Shown piece after piece: positions 10,289 to 19,758 of a stretch of DNA of 64,000 nt; position 1 is the first letter of the stretch; each line of letters begins with the position of its first letter. The position numbers and the translations under genes were made by a program. The notes below the pieces were generated by a model. It saw only the letters and a program-made list of their open reading frames with translations. It made no database searches and was not told the DNA's origin. The DNA is taken from the sequence record LC727698.1; one strand, given 5' to 3'.

Positions 10289-11349
10289 TGAAAGTTATAA
10301 TAATCCCCATCGAATCAATAGAAACTCGGTATACGTCAGAATGGAATATGTTTCTTAAACCGCAACTAGAAAAGTATATAAACGAATCCGGTCTCGATGC
10401 AGAAATAGTTCAAATCGATGTAGATTATGTTGACGAAGGCACCTCTGCGGGCGCCTTCCTTAACTTTGCAAATACAAACATATTCAAAAGCAATCAATTC
10501 ATTAAGTTAGCAAGTATAATAGAAACTTTAAACGATAACGATGTTGTTCTCTATACAGACGCATGGAATCCCACAGTAGTTCAACTAAATTACATGCGAT
10601 CGTTAATGAATAAAAAATTTAAAATAATGGGGTTGTGGCACGCCGGTTCGTATGATCCGCATGATTTTTTAGGAAGGCACTTTGATAAAAATTGGTCATA
10701 TGAATTTGAAAGATCATTATATAATATATATGATGTAAATTTCTATGCAACTAATTTTAGTAAAGATCTCATGATAGATAACCTTTTTGGTAAAACAGCT
10801 AACGTAAACAGACACGATATAGTAGGTTGGCCAATGGAATATTTAGTTGACCAACTTACGCCTTCTCCTAACAAGACAGATACTATATTATTTCCTCATC
10901 GAATTTCTCCTGAAAAACAACCAAATATATTCAAAAAATTAAGATCATTACTTCCTAACTACGAGTTTGTTTTTGCACAAGAAACTAAATTATCAAAGGC
11001 AGAATATCATACACTTCTTAAACGTTCTAAAATTGTCTTTTCGGCTTCGTTGCAGGAAACATTGGGTATAGGTTTCTACGAAGGTGCATTAGTCGGTGCA
11101 ATTCCGTTATTGCCGGACCGATTGTCTTATAAAGAAATGACAGAAAATGTAAAAAACAGAAATTTGTATGTATATCCAAATGAATGGACTATTTCAGAAA
11201 ATCTGGCAGACCTAAAAAATTTAGTTACCCTAATAGATTATACTATGCGTAATTATAATTTTATAGTAGAAGAAATGAAACTTAATTTACTGCCCGAATT
11301 AAACAAATATTATAACGGAACAGAGTTGTATAAAAGAATTTTAAAATAA
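10288..11349 (+). CDS. GT-B fold glycosyltransferase (GT4-like)
   Basis: ILFPHRISPEKQP and SLQETLGIGFYEGALVGAIPLLPD (E-x7-E); start overlaps the TGT-like stop (TAATG). Confidence 0.8.
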   Translation: MKVIIIPIESIETRYTSEWNMFLKPQLEKYINESGLDAEIVQIDVDYVDEGTSAGAFLNFANTNIFKSNQFIKLASIIETLNDNDVVLYTDAWNPTVVQLNYMRSLMNKKFKIMGLWHAGSYDPHDFLGRHFDKNWSYEFERSLYNIYDVNFYATNFSKDLMIDNLFGKTANVNRHDIVGWPMEYLVDQLTPSPNKTDTILFPHRISPEKQPNIFKKLRSLLPNYEFVFAQETKLSKAEYHTLLKRSKIVFSASLQETLGIGFYEGALVGAIPLLPDRLSYKEMTENVKNRNLYVYPNEWTISENLADLKNLVTLIDYTMRNYNFIVEEMKLNLLPELNKYYNGTELYKRILK

Positions 11350-11433
11350 TTTCCATTTAATATTCTGCATACAATTTACATTTTAATACGAAAACATTAT
11401 AATATTACAAAATTAAAAATAAGGATTATTTTT

Positions 11434-11811
11434 ATGGGAATTAAACGATGGATCGAAGTTCCTTTTCAAAAAGAAGGAATTCACATGTACCCGGGTGCAG
11501 ATAGTAACCCTGCACTAGCTACAAATGATTGGAAAGATGTATCTTTTTTAGGATATCCTCATTTTCATTATTTTTATTTTACTGTTAAAATTGAAGTTTT
11601 TCATAATGAACGAGATATCGAATTTATTCAATTTAGACGGTTCTTAGAAAGACTGTATAGTGAATCTCTGCTAAAACTAGATGGTAAATCTTGTGAAACA
11701 ATGGCAGAAGAATTATATGAACAAATTAACATTGTATATCCTAACAGGGACGTTGTGATTACAGTGGCAGAAGACAATATTAATAAAGCTGTTTTAGAAT
11801 TTTTCAAATAA
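11434..11811 (+). CDS. QueD-like (PTPS-fold) protein
   Basis: 125 aa; GIH...HFH His cluster, KSCETMAEELY and VAED pattern; QueE and TGT-like genes nearby. Confidence 0.65.
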   Translation: MGIKRWIEVPFQKEGIHMYPGADSNPALATNDWKDVSFLGYPHFHYFYFTVKIEVFHNERDIEFIQFRRFLERLYSESLLKLDGKSCETMAEELYEQINIVYPNRDVVITVAEDNINKAVLEFFK

Positions 11812-11825
11812 GCAAGGATGCTATT

Positions 11826-12086
11826 ATGTATAATAAACAACTGTCAGGAATATATACTACTACGACGATAAACTCTATGCCAGCTAGCTACTCCGGATTA
11901 ACGGATCTAGGCATATATGATACAGAACTTTCGGTATTGAGGAAAAAGATAGAACAGATAGAAAAAATGTTGTGCATGTTAGAAGTAGATAAATTACTTT
12001 CAGAAAAATATCCTGCATTAAAATCTGCATATGACGAATACGAAGTCATATTATCTGTCATAAACGGTACGGAGAAAAAAGAGTAA
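11826..12086 (+). CDS. Hypothetical protein
   Basis: ORF in operon, AGGA RBS. Confidence 0.6.
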   Translation: MYNKQLSGIYTTTTINSMPASYSGLTDLGIYDTELSVLRKKIEQIEKMLCMLEVDKLLSEKYPALKSAYDEYEVILSVINGTEKKE

Positions 12087-12605
12087 ATGGCAATGCGTGT
12101 CATTATTACTGGTTGTAACGGTTATGTTGGTAAAACAGTAAGCAAATACTACTATACATTAGGATATAATGTCGTGGGATTTGATTTAATTAATTCAAAA
12201 AATAGTTACATAACTAATTTTTATCAAACTAGCTATGCATCTAGTATTGCAGAAGATATAATACTCGAATCTGATGCAGACACGCTTATTCATTGTGCTG
12301 TAGAAAAAAGCAATACATTACAACAACATTTCTACCACAATAGTATTCAATTTATAAACTTATTATCAGTATTAAAAAATACTTCTATAAAAGAAATAAT
12401 AGTATTTAGAAATAAAAGTGCAGAAAATAATGATGCCCTTTTAAAACTCTCTAATAACACTAATAAAGACTATTTAGAAGAATTTTCTAAATCGACAGGA
12501 ATTAGTTCAAAAATATATAATTTGTTAGATAAGAATAATGAACAACACATTATAGAATTAGTACAACCGTATTTAGAATTAAGTAAACACTTTTATATAT
12601 TTTAA
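12087..12605 (+). CDS. NAD-dependent epimerase/dehydratase-like protein, short or degenerate
   Basis: N-terminal VIITGCNGYVG Rossmann motif and IHCA; only 172 aa, no clear YxxxK. Confidence 0.65.
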   Translation: MAMRVIITGCNGYVGKTVSKYYYTLGYNVVGFDLINSKNSYITNFYQTSYASSIAEDIILESDADTLIHCAVEKSNTLQQHFYHNSIQFINLLSVLKNTSIKEIIVFRNKSAENNDALLKLSNNTNKDYLEEFSKSTGISSKIYNLLDKNNEQHIIELVQPYLELSKHFYIF

Positions 12606-12616
12606 GGAGATATTAT

Positions 12617-13051
12617 ATGTACGATAAAAATTTTGTATCAATGGATCAAATGCCAGTTATTGTCAGTGACTTGGTTAGTGATATAGACGAAGCAGGAATT
12701 TCTCCTAAAGTTATTATTGCTATTAGCAAAGGTGGACTAATTCCTGCCACTATGATTAGCTATTATTATGATTGCCCTATTGTAACATACGATCCGGTAG
12801 AAGATTGTTTTAGTACAAATAATGACATAAGTTCTGAATGCATTATCGTAGATGATGTTATTGACACCGGTAATACTGTAAATTCTGTTATTTCTTTGTT
12901 AGAAGACGAATTCTTTTTTACGAAAGAAGACATTAGTAGAATTAGAGTAGCATCAATATTTGCAACAAGAAATAATACAATTGTAGATTTTTATCATGAT
13001 GAAATAAGTTACCATGATTCGGTAAGTTTTGAATTTAAACAATTTATTTAA
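12617..13051 (+). CDS. Type I purine phosphoribosyltransferase-like protein
   Basis: IAISKGGLIPA and PRPP-binding IIVDDVIDTGNT. Confidence 0.85.
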   Translation: MYDKNFVSMDQMPVIVSDLVSDIDEAGISPKVIIAISKGGLIPATMISYYYDCPIVTYDPVEDCFSTNNDISSECIIVDDVIDTGNTVNSVISLLEDEFFFTKEDISRIRVASIFATRNNTIVDFYHDEISYHDSVSFEFKQFI

Positions 13052-13121
13052 TATAAAGTTATTCTTTACTTTTAGTATGATTGCGTTTATAATGTATATT
13101 ATAAAATAAAGCGGATTATGT

Positions 13122-13994
13122 ATGAAACACAGATATACTGAAAAGTTTTTCTCAGTCCAGGGAGAAAGCCTACATACCGGAAAATTATGCACTTGGCTTA
13201 GATTTTTCGGATGTTCGTTGCAATGTAGGGGCTTTGGACAAAAAGAACCTGGAAATCCCGAAACATGGGTAGAACAACGACCGGATTTAATAGATGTAAC
13301 AAACATTACAGATTATAAACAATTACCGACTCCTAAGTATGGATGTGATTCAGACTATTCTGTATTTGCTAAATTTAAACATCTTGCAACAGAAGTCGAT
13401 CCTGTTGTAGTTGCAAATGAAATAAAACAATTAATTCCTAGTAAAACATTTGGTAAAAAAATAGGTCATGTATTTACGGGCGGAGAACCGTTAGTAAACC
13501 AAGAATCTATAGTAGATATAGTAAATTATTGGATAGATACTAATGATTATCCTGCATGGATAGGAATAGAAACAAATACAACTAGACCGTTAGAAAAATG
13601 CTTAATCGATTTAGTTAACAGATGCAAATCGATCGGTGTGCAATTTTATTTTTCTATGTCACCTAAACTACTTCATGTAGCAGGTGAACAACCCAAACGA
13701 GCTATCCATATAAATTTAATGAAGGAATATATAGATATTGCACCGGATAGCTATCTAAAATTTGTAGTAAATGAAGATCAGCGATCGTGGGATCAAGCAA
13801 AAAGTATAGTAGACACATTAAATGCTGATGGGTATTTACCGGATGTGTGGGTTATGCCAGTCGGAGGCATTTATTCCCAACAAACAGACCCTGTAATTGG
13901 AAGACTTGCAGATAAAGCTATCTTCGAATACGAATGGAATGTTAGTTTGCGTGTTCACGTATTAACCTGGGGTGACGATCAACTAGGTAGGTAA
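13122..13994 (+). CDS. queE: 7-carboxy-7-deazaguanine synthase (radical SAM)
   Basis: EKFFSVQGE, GCSLQC...GCDS (third Cys after an insertion), FTGGEP, SMSPKL, LRVH. Confidence 0.85.
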   Translation: MKHRYTEKFFSVQGESLHTGKLCTWLRFFGCSLQCRGFGQKEPGNPETWVEQRPDLIDVTNITDYKQLPTPKYGCDSDYSVFAKFKHLATEVDPVVVANEIKQLIPSKTFGKKIGHVFTGGEPLVNQESIVDIVNYWIDTNDYPAWIGIETNTTRPLEKCLIDLVNRCKSIGVQFYFSMSPKLLHVAGEQPKRAIHINLMKEYIDIAPDSYLKFVVNEDQRSWDQAKSIVDTLNADGYLPDVWVMPVGGIYSQQTDPVIGRLADKAIFEYEWNVSLRVHVLTWGDDQLGR

Positions 13995-13998
13995 AATC

Positions 13999-14418
13999 AT
14001 GAACCGTATTATCCTTTCTGTAGCGTTTAGTTTAATATCGTTGCATGCAGTATGCGGAGAAAATAAATCCCATATAAATCCGTATCTTCATGGAAAATGC
14101 GTCGGGATGGTTACTAAACTGTCTGAATACGCAAATACCGAAGTATTAACTTTAAAATTGTATAATATAGGTCAGGTACTTCATGCATACGGCAAATACA
14201 CTGCACTAAAATCGAATAATGCAGATACAGCACTGTATGATCAAGGATTAGTTGACGGAAGAGAAACAGTTTCTAAAAATATAGAAAATAACAATTTTAA
14301 TGTTTTAGTAAAATATTATGAAGATAATTGTCTAGAAATATTTTACAAATCTGCAGACTGGTTATATCATAATAACATACATCAGTTCAATAAATTAACG
14401 GATATTTTTAATAAATGA
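13999..14418 (+). CDS. Hypothetical exported protein
   Basis: N-terminal signal-peptide-like segment. Confidence 0.6.
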   Translation: MNRIILSVAFSLISLHAVCGENKSHINPYLHGKCVGMVTKLSEYANTEVLTLKLYNIGQVLHAYGKYTALKSNNADTALYDQGLVDGRETVSKNIENNNFNVLVKYYEDNCLEIFYKSADWLYHNNIHQFNKLTDIFNK

Positions 14419-15026
14419 AAAAAAGATTATTTCCATTTTGGTTATGGCCATATAGCTGGGGATTACCTGCTAAACAGAAAGCTATTGCAAAAGCAGAGTA
14501 TTATCTCGAAGGAGAAGAATTAGATAGGGAATTAGTAGCACTATCGAATACAACAAGCAAAGCCAAAGAAATTGAATTATTACATATTGATTTTAAATAT
14601 GGTAAAATAACAGAATACGAATACGATGTTGCTTTAGCTAAAACTCAATACGATCCGGGTCTGGCTTTAGACTTAAAATTAGCTGATATAGATTTAAAGC
14701 ATCATAAAATAAATGAAAGGGAACATAGCAAACGAATTGCTACCTTAAGAAAGTTACCTTGGGTAGATATAATAAAGATAGGCTTGTCTTCTTCTGATAT
14801 TTCGACAGGAGAAATGGAATTAGACTGGAATGAATATTTTATAGAAGAATTGCACGAATACGGATATGTAGGTAGGACTGATGAAGAAGTAGTAAATTTA
14901 TGGTTATCTACTTTATGTAAAAATATCGCATTAGACGAATTCGGTGGAATGGGATCTGTAGACGATCTTTCAGAAGATAATGACAAAATAGATAGCAAAG
15001 AAAACTATAAAAGGGAATTTAAGTAA
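14415..15026 (+). CDS. Hypothetical protein
   Basis: Overlapping-start ORF in operon. Confidence 0.7.
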   Translation: MKKRLFPFWLWPYSWGLPAKQKAIAKAEYYLEGEELDRELVALSNTTSKAKEIELLHIDFKYGKITEYEYDVALAKTQYDPGLALDLKLADIDLKHHKINEREHSKRIATLRKLPWVDIIKIGLSSSDISTGEMELDWNEYFIEELHEYGYVGRTDEEVVNLWLSTLCKNIALDEFGGMGSVDDLSEDNDKIDSKENYKREFK

Positions 15027-16012
15027 TGTCTAAAACTTATATTTTAATCGATACATTCAACATGTTTCATAGAGCAAAACATGTAATCAGGTCCTCCTCA
15101 TTAGATGAAAAAGTAGGCATGTGTCTTCATGTAATGTTTAACAGTATACGCAAAGTATACAGAGACCATTCTGCAGATCATGCTGTGTTTTGCATAGAAG
15201 GCAAATCTTGGCGGAAGGACTTTTATAAAGAATATAAGTTCAACCGAACAGCAGCTAGAATGGCAAGAACAGAAGCTGAAATCGAAGAAGATGCTGCTTT
15301 AATGGAAGCATATAACGATTTAATTACGTTCATTAATGATAAAACAAATTCTAGCGTACTACATCACCATAAAGCAGAAGCAGATGATATGATAGCTACT
15401 TGGATTCAAAATAATCCAAATGATAATCATATTATTGTTAGTTCAGACAGCGATTTTTTCCAGCTATTAGCACCTAACGTTAAAATATATAATGGAATTA
15501 CAGAACAACTAATCACATTAGAAGGTTTCTTTGATAATAAAGGCAAACCTGTAATTGATAATAAAACAAAGAAACCAAAAGTGGCTCCTGATCCTAAATG
15601 GTTATTATTTGAAAAATGCATTAGGGGAGATAAATCTGATTTTATTTTTGCGGCGTATCCAGGTGCAAGAGAAACTAGTTCTAAAAATAAAGTAGGCATG
15701 CGTGAAGTATTTGCCGATATGGATAATAAAGGTTACGCATGGAATAATTTTATGTTGACAAAAATTACAGATTCTGCTGGTAATGAATTTGTTGTTCACG
15801 ATAAGTACGAATTTAACAAAACATTAATTGACTTAACTTGTCAGCCAGATGATCTAAAAACAGAATTTAAAACAGTCGCAGATGTAGCTCGTAATAAACC
15901 GCCCGTATCTAACGTAGGCATCCATTTTTTAAAATTCTGTAATAGATGGGCACTAGAGCAAATCTCTAAATATCCGGACGAATTTGCAAAACTTCTTAAT
16001 GCTAAACCATAA
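15026..16012 (+). CDS. rnh: T4-type RNase H / 5'-3' exonuclease (FEN family)
   Basis: LIDTFNMFHR, EADDMIA, SSDSDFFQL, GDKSD. Confidence 0.88.
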   Translation: MSKTYILIDTFNMFHRAKHVIRSSSLDEKVGMCLHVMFNSIRKVYRDHSADHAVFCIEGKSWRKDFYKEYKFNRTAARMARTEAEIEEDAALMEAYNDLITFINDKTNSSVLHHHKAEADDMIATWIQNNPNDNHIIVSSDSDFFQLLAPNVKIYNGITEQLITLEGFFDNKGKPVIDNKTKKPKVAPDPKWLLFEKCIRGDKSDFIFAAYPGARETSSKNKVGMREVFADMDNKGYAWNNFMLTKITDSAGNEFVVHDKYEFNKTLIDLTCQPDDLKTEFKTVADVARNKPPVSNVGIHFLKFCNRWALEQISKYPDEFAKLLNAKP

Positions 16013-16014
16013 TT

Positions 16015-16473
16015 ATGAAATTAAAATCATTAACTGAAACTTCGTGGATTGTGTTAGACAACCAGGGCGATAAAGTAGGTATACTTACTAGAACCAAAGA
16101 AAAGCTCAATCTAATGACTCCTGGCGGATCTATGTTATTCGATACGCAAGATGATGCAAATACATTCTTCGGTGAAGATATATTCAGTAATATAGTATAT
16201 GTTAGCAAAACAGAAGAAGTGTTCGAATTAGATGGATGGCCAGTATCTACTGCTAACCCTGTTAGGGCACAATCAGTAAATAATCTTCCTTGTTACACTA
16301 AAACAGAGGGAGGAAAATCAATACACTGTGCCGGATATTATAGTATTAAATTTCCTGGATCATATATAAACAGTTTTTGTCCTAAACTTTCTACATTAGA
16401 AAAATACGAGTTTAGTGGACCTTTCAAAACTGAACTCGAAGCAAGAGCAACAACCAGTATTAATAAAAAATAA
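16015..16473 (+). CDS. Hypothetical protein
   Basis: Tightly packed ORF. Confidence 0.7.
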   Translation: MKLKSLTETSWIVLDNQGDKVGILTRTKEKLNLMTPGGSMLFDTQDDANTFFGEDIFSNIVYVSKTEEVFELDGWPVSTANPVRAQSVNNLPCYTKTEGGKSIHCAGYYSIKFPGSYINSFCPKLSTLEKYEFSGPFKTELEARATTSINKK

Positions 16474-16484
16474 GGAAAATAAAA

Positions 16485-16775
16485 ATGCTCGATAACTATG
16501 AACTATTAGCAAAACAAGAATTAGAATCTATGTATAAAAACGTAGTATATGATTTAGGTGCCGACATTCCCACGACATTCTTTAATATTAAGTTATCCGA
16601 GCACATAGTTCCTAACTCAGAAGCAAATAGAACATTTATAAACAAATATACTAACTTAGTGCATGGTGAATGTATGGAATTAGTTTGGTATAGGGCAGTT
16701 TGTACAACAGATTCCAAAACAAATAATCTAGTTGTATTAAAATTAGAACGTTGCAGTTCTTATCAGGAAATTTAA
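16485..16775 (+). CDS. Hypothetical protein
   Basis: AAGGA RBS; packed ORF. Confidence 0.6.
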   Translation: MLDNYELLAKQELESMYKNVVYDLGADIPTTFFNIKLSEHIVPNSEANRTFINKYTNLVHGECMELVWYRAVCTTDSKTNNLVVLKLERCSSYQEI

Positions 16776-16777
16776 TT

Positions 16778-17323
16778 ATGAACAGAAGAAGTTATGATCC
16801 CGATTTGTTTAAACAAATAGAAGAAGACGTAGACTGTTATGTGTTTAAACACGAAATATTTAAAGATATCTATTTGTTTATGGATGGTTGGGGTCAAAGT
16901 CACAGAACAAACGGTCCTGCTCTTATAATTCCTAATATATGCGAAGTTTGGTATAATCATGGAAAGATACACAGGGATAACGGTCCTGCATTTTTTGAAA
17001 TTACAAAAGACAATGAAGTTAGATATTGTTGGGTTTTAGATAACAATATAATTTCATGCAAGGATCAATACGATAACGTATTAGGCACAGAAGCATATGG
17101 TGCTTGGGTAGAAGCAACATTAATAAATCATCCTAATTTTTTGGTATTTAATACTAACTATGTAACTCATGATTATGTATCTACTGCAAAGAATAAGTAT
17201 ATGCTCGGAGCTACTGATATGAAAGAAGATAATTCTAAATGGGCACAGTTGGGTTCGCAACACGATATATATAAAAATTTTAAACCAATTTGGATGTCGG
17301 AAGAAGAATGGATCAATAGCTAA
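16778..17323 (+). CDS. Hypothetical protein with HRxxGPA repeats
   Basis: HRTNGPA and HRDNGPA; ATG at 16778 after AGGA. Confidence 0.65.
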   Translation: MNRRSYDPDLFKQIEEDVDCYVFKHEIFKDIYLFMDGWGQSHRTNGPALIIPNICEVWYNHGKIHRDNGPAFFEITKDNEVRYCWVLDNNIISCKDQYDNVLGTEAYGAWVEATLINHPNFLVFNTNYVTHDYVSTAKNKYMLGATDMKEDNSKWAQLGSQHDIYKNFKPIWMSEEEWINS

Positions 17324-17325
17324 TA

Positions 17326-17526
17326 ATGACGTTAGTAGTATTGTACATAATAATCCAATCTATTTTAGTAGGTATACTGCATCATTTAGCTATAAGAAAT
17401 CTTGTATTAAAAGAAAATTGGTTATGTGTATTTATACTATCGACTATATTATGGATATTATGGCCTATAGGTTATCTAATATCATGTATATACGCAATGT
17501 ATATTAAATATAAAAACCCTGTATAG
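17326..17526 (+). CDS. Small membrane protein
   Basis: Two hydrophobic segments. Confidence 0.5.
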   Translation: MTLVVLYIIIQSILVGILHHLAIRNLVLKENWLCVFILSTILWILWPIGYLISCIYAMYIKYKNPV

Positions 17527-17543
17527 TCTATACAGGGTTTTTA
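17514..17543. terminator. Bidirectional terminator
   Basis: AAAAACCCTGTATAG-t-CTATACAGGGTTTTT. Confidence 0.75.
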
Positions 17544-17602
17544 TATACCCAGTAAATTATAAAATCAGATAAATAATACGATGGCTATTACTGGAGATAT
17601 AT

Positions 17603-17896
17603 ATGGCACGTCCAAAACCTACTATCCTTGTTGAACATGTAGATCCAAAAACATATAAATCTGAGCAAATACTCGAAGCTGAAGCTGTGTTTGCTGTATT
17701 TTATAAAGGCGAGCCTATCAATATACGGTCACAGAGTGCATTGATAGATTATGCTCCTAAATATAAGAAATCTACATTTGTTAACCCGGGCCATGCACTT
17801 AATTTGGCTGAACGTTTAAATGAAATGTTTAAATGCACTGATTTTACTGTTCATAAATTAATTGCAGGAGAAAAATACACCGGTGAAGAATACTAA
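17603..17896 (+). CDS. Hypothetical protein
   Basis: GGAGA RBS; upstream TAAATA motif. Confidence 0.75.
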   Translation: MARPKPTILVEHVDPKTYKSEQILEAEAVFAVFYKGEPINIRSQSALIDYAPKYKKSTFVNPGHALNLAERLNEMFKCTDFTVHKLIAGEKYTGEEY

Positions 17897-18233
17897 GCTT
17901 AGAGATTCAATTTTCTCTTATTTAAGAGAAAATAACGAATCTTTAACTGAGTTAACAGATATAGAACTTAATCGTTTTATATTTGCACACCCTTCTAGTT
18001 TTAGACTGTCGTATGATGGTCTAAAACTATTTTCAAAACTATTCACTTCTTATACCTACCATATAGATTTTAAAATAACTTTCAGACAAAGATTGCTATT
18101 AGGTAGGCATCTAAAATTTCCTTATTATTTTAGTGATAAAAGATTAATATTGTTTTCATACGACGATTCTTTATATTTAAATTTAATAGGCGATATAAAA
18201 CTCTGGTTAGAATCGTTCGAACATAGTGTTTGA
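17862..18233 (+). CDS. Hypothetical protein
   Basis: Packed ORF; start uncertain. Confidence 0.55.
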   Translation: MQEKNTPVKNTKLRDSIFSYLRENNESLTELTDIELNRFIFAHPSSFRLSYDGLKLFSKLFTSYTYHIDFKITFRQRLLLGRHLKFPYYFSDKRLILFSYDDSLYLNLIGDIKLWLESFEHSV

Positions 18234-18258
18234 CATATTTTAAATACTTTTATAAAAT
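18230..18258 (+). promoter_or_regulatory. Sigma70-like promoter
   Basis: TTGACA-N17-TAAAAT. Confidence 0.7.
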
Positions 18259-18287
18259 TACAGTATATAAAGTGCTGTAAAATTGTC

Positions 18288-18662
18288 ATGAAAAAATCTA
18301 AATCTATCACTAGAGCCGAAAACAAAAAACATCAACAATATATAACTAATATGAAATTAGGTGGCAATCCTAATAAGTACGGTAAATCTAATACTTATAA
18401 AAAACCTAATATAGAACTAAGTCCTAGTATACCTGTATGGGCTACTACACTATCAGAATACAAAAGCATAGAAACAAATAAACCTATAAACAATGCTATT
18501 CCAGTCAAATATGAAGACGAATTTGCAATAAGAGAAGAAATTGCATTAAAAGAAAAAGAACGTAAAAAACAATTTGTTGCAGTAGCTTACAACAAGGGCG
18601 GATATGTATATTTAGGTGAAAATCCACCCGATGAAATTGTTAAATCAATTGGCAAAAAGTAA
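18288..18662 (+). CDS. Hypothetical basic protein
   Basis: ORF downstream of the promoter. Confidence 0.65.
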   Translation: MKKSKSITRAENKKHQQYITNMKLGGNPNKYGKSNTYKKPNIELSPSIPVWATTLSEYKSIETNKPINNAIPVKYEDEFAIREEIALKEKERKKQFVAVAYNKGGYVYLGENPPDEIVKSIGKK

Positions 18663-18672
18663 AGGAACATTT

Positions 18673-18981
18673 ATGTTCTGCACACTACTAAACTTCTTTA
18701 AAAAAGATGTAAAGGTATATGCTGTAGTGGTACTTGCTCCTGGCTTAATTTGTTATCTAAGCAAGTTAAATAATTTCGATTTAAAGATGGCAACAAGAAT
18801 TTCTGGTTCAAAATATAAATTAGACGAAAAATTAATCGAAATAATTACTAAAGAAGATGCCATATTAAAAATGATATCGGGAGAAATTACTAAAGATGGT
18901 AAAAACTATGTTAGCTTTGTAGAAATACCAGATCGTCTTAGACAAGTATTAAAATACCATTACATCGCAAATGTGATTTAA
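18673..18981 (+). CDS. Hypothetical protein
   Basis: ATG at 18673 after AAGGA. Confidence 0.6.
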   Translation: MFCTLLNFFKKDVKVYAVVVLAPGLICYLSKLNNFDLKMATRISGSKYKLDEKLIEIITKEDAILKMISGEITKDGKNYVSFVEIPDRLRQVLKYHYIANVI

Positions 18982-19004
18982 TAGAAAAATATCTAAAAAG
19001 GAAC

Positions 19005-19556
19005 ATGAATAGTATAAAAATGAAATATTACACTAAATGGTTTTTGATGACACACAGAAATAAAATGTATGATTTTAAGAATCTATCATTTTATATATTA
19101 CTAGTAGGAAATGTAGTTTTTAATCCTATTATAGCGAGTTTCTTAATTATTCTCAAAATAATGCAATTATTGCAAAATAAACCAGAATATTTAGATACTA
19201 TCCCTGTGCTTAATGAAGTATTTTATATGTTTGTTGCCGAGTTAGTTTCTATATCTTATCGGTTTATAAATAAAACACCCGATTATGAAATATTTCATTC
19301 TTCGTTTAACAAAAGAAAACCAAAACAACATAAAAATAATACATGCAAAAAAAGAAATGATCGCTGTATCGGGGAAGAAACAATTAGCAGTAAAAGATCA
19401 TCATTTTATAATACAGGTGTTAAACTATATAAAGACAGCAAAGATAAAAGAAAACGATATGCTTATCCTAGGCATTCCGGTCCGCGTGGCTCCTGCTGGT
19501 ATCCTACATTTAGACTTCCTAAATATTTTAAGAGAAAAAAGAAAAAAGGGCTATAA
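19005..19556 (+). CDS. Hypothetical membrane protein with basic C-terminus
   Basis: AAGGA RBS; ends inside a terminator hairpin at about 19543-19568. Confidence 0.55.
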   Translation: MNSIKMKYYTKWFLMTHRNKMYDFKNLSFYILLVGNVVFNPIIASFLIILKIMQLLQNKPEYLDTIPVLNEVFYMFVAELVSISYRFINKTPDYEIFHSSFNKRKPKQHKNNTCKKRNDRCIGEETISSKRSSFYNTGVKLYKDSKDKRKRYAYPRHSGPRGSCWYPTFRLPKYFKRKKKKGL

Positions 19557-19758
19557 TTGCCCTTTTTTAATGATTAAAAAATTACGTTTTACTATGTTGA
19601 CTAACTATATAGTTATTTGCTTTAATAACACCATGCTTTGCAAAACAACAAATAATAGCATTCATAAAAATTGTTAATTATGTGTTGTTTTAAAAGCTAC
19701 AAGCTGTAAAATGTAGGTGTTAAACAGCAAAACATATTCAACCACAGAGGCATTATAG

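Noticed and set aside
19285-19677. ORF overlapping 19005..19556 as a programmed frameshift partner
   Set aside because: It runs through a terminator, has no RBS, and no slippery site was identified.
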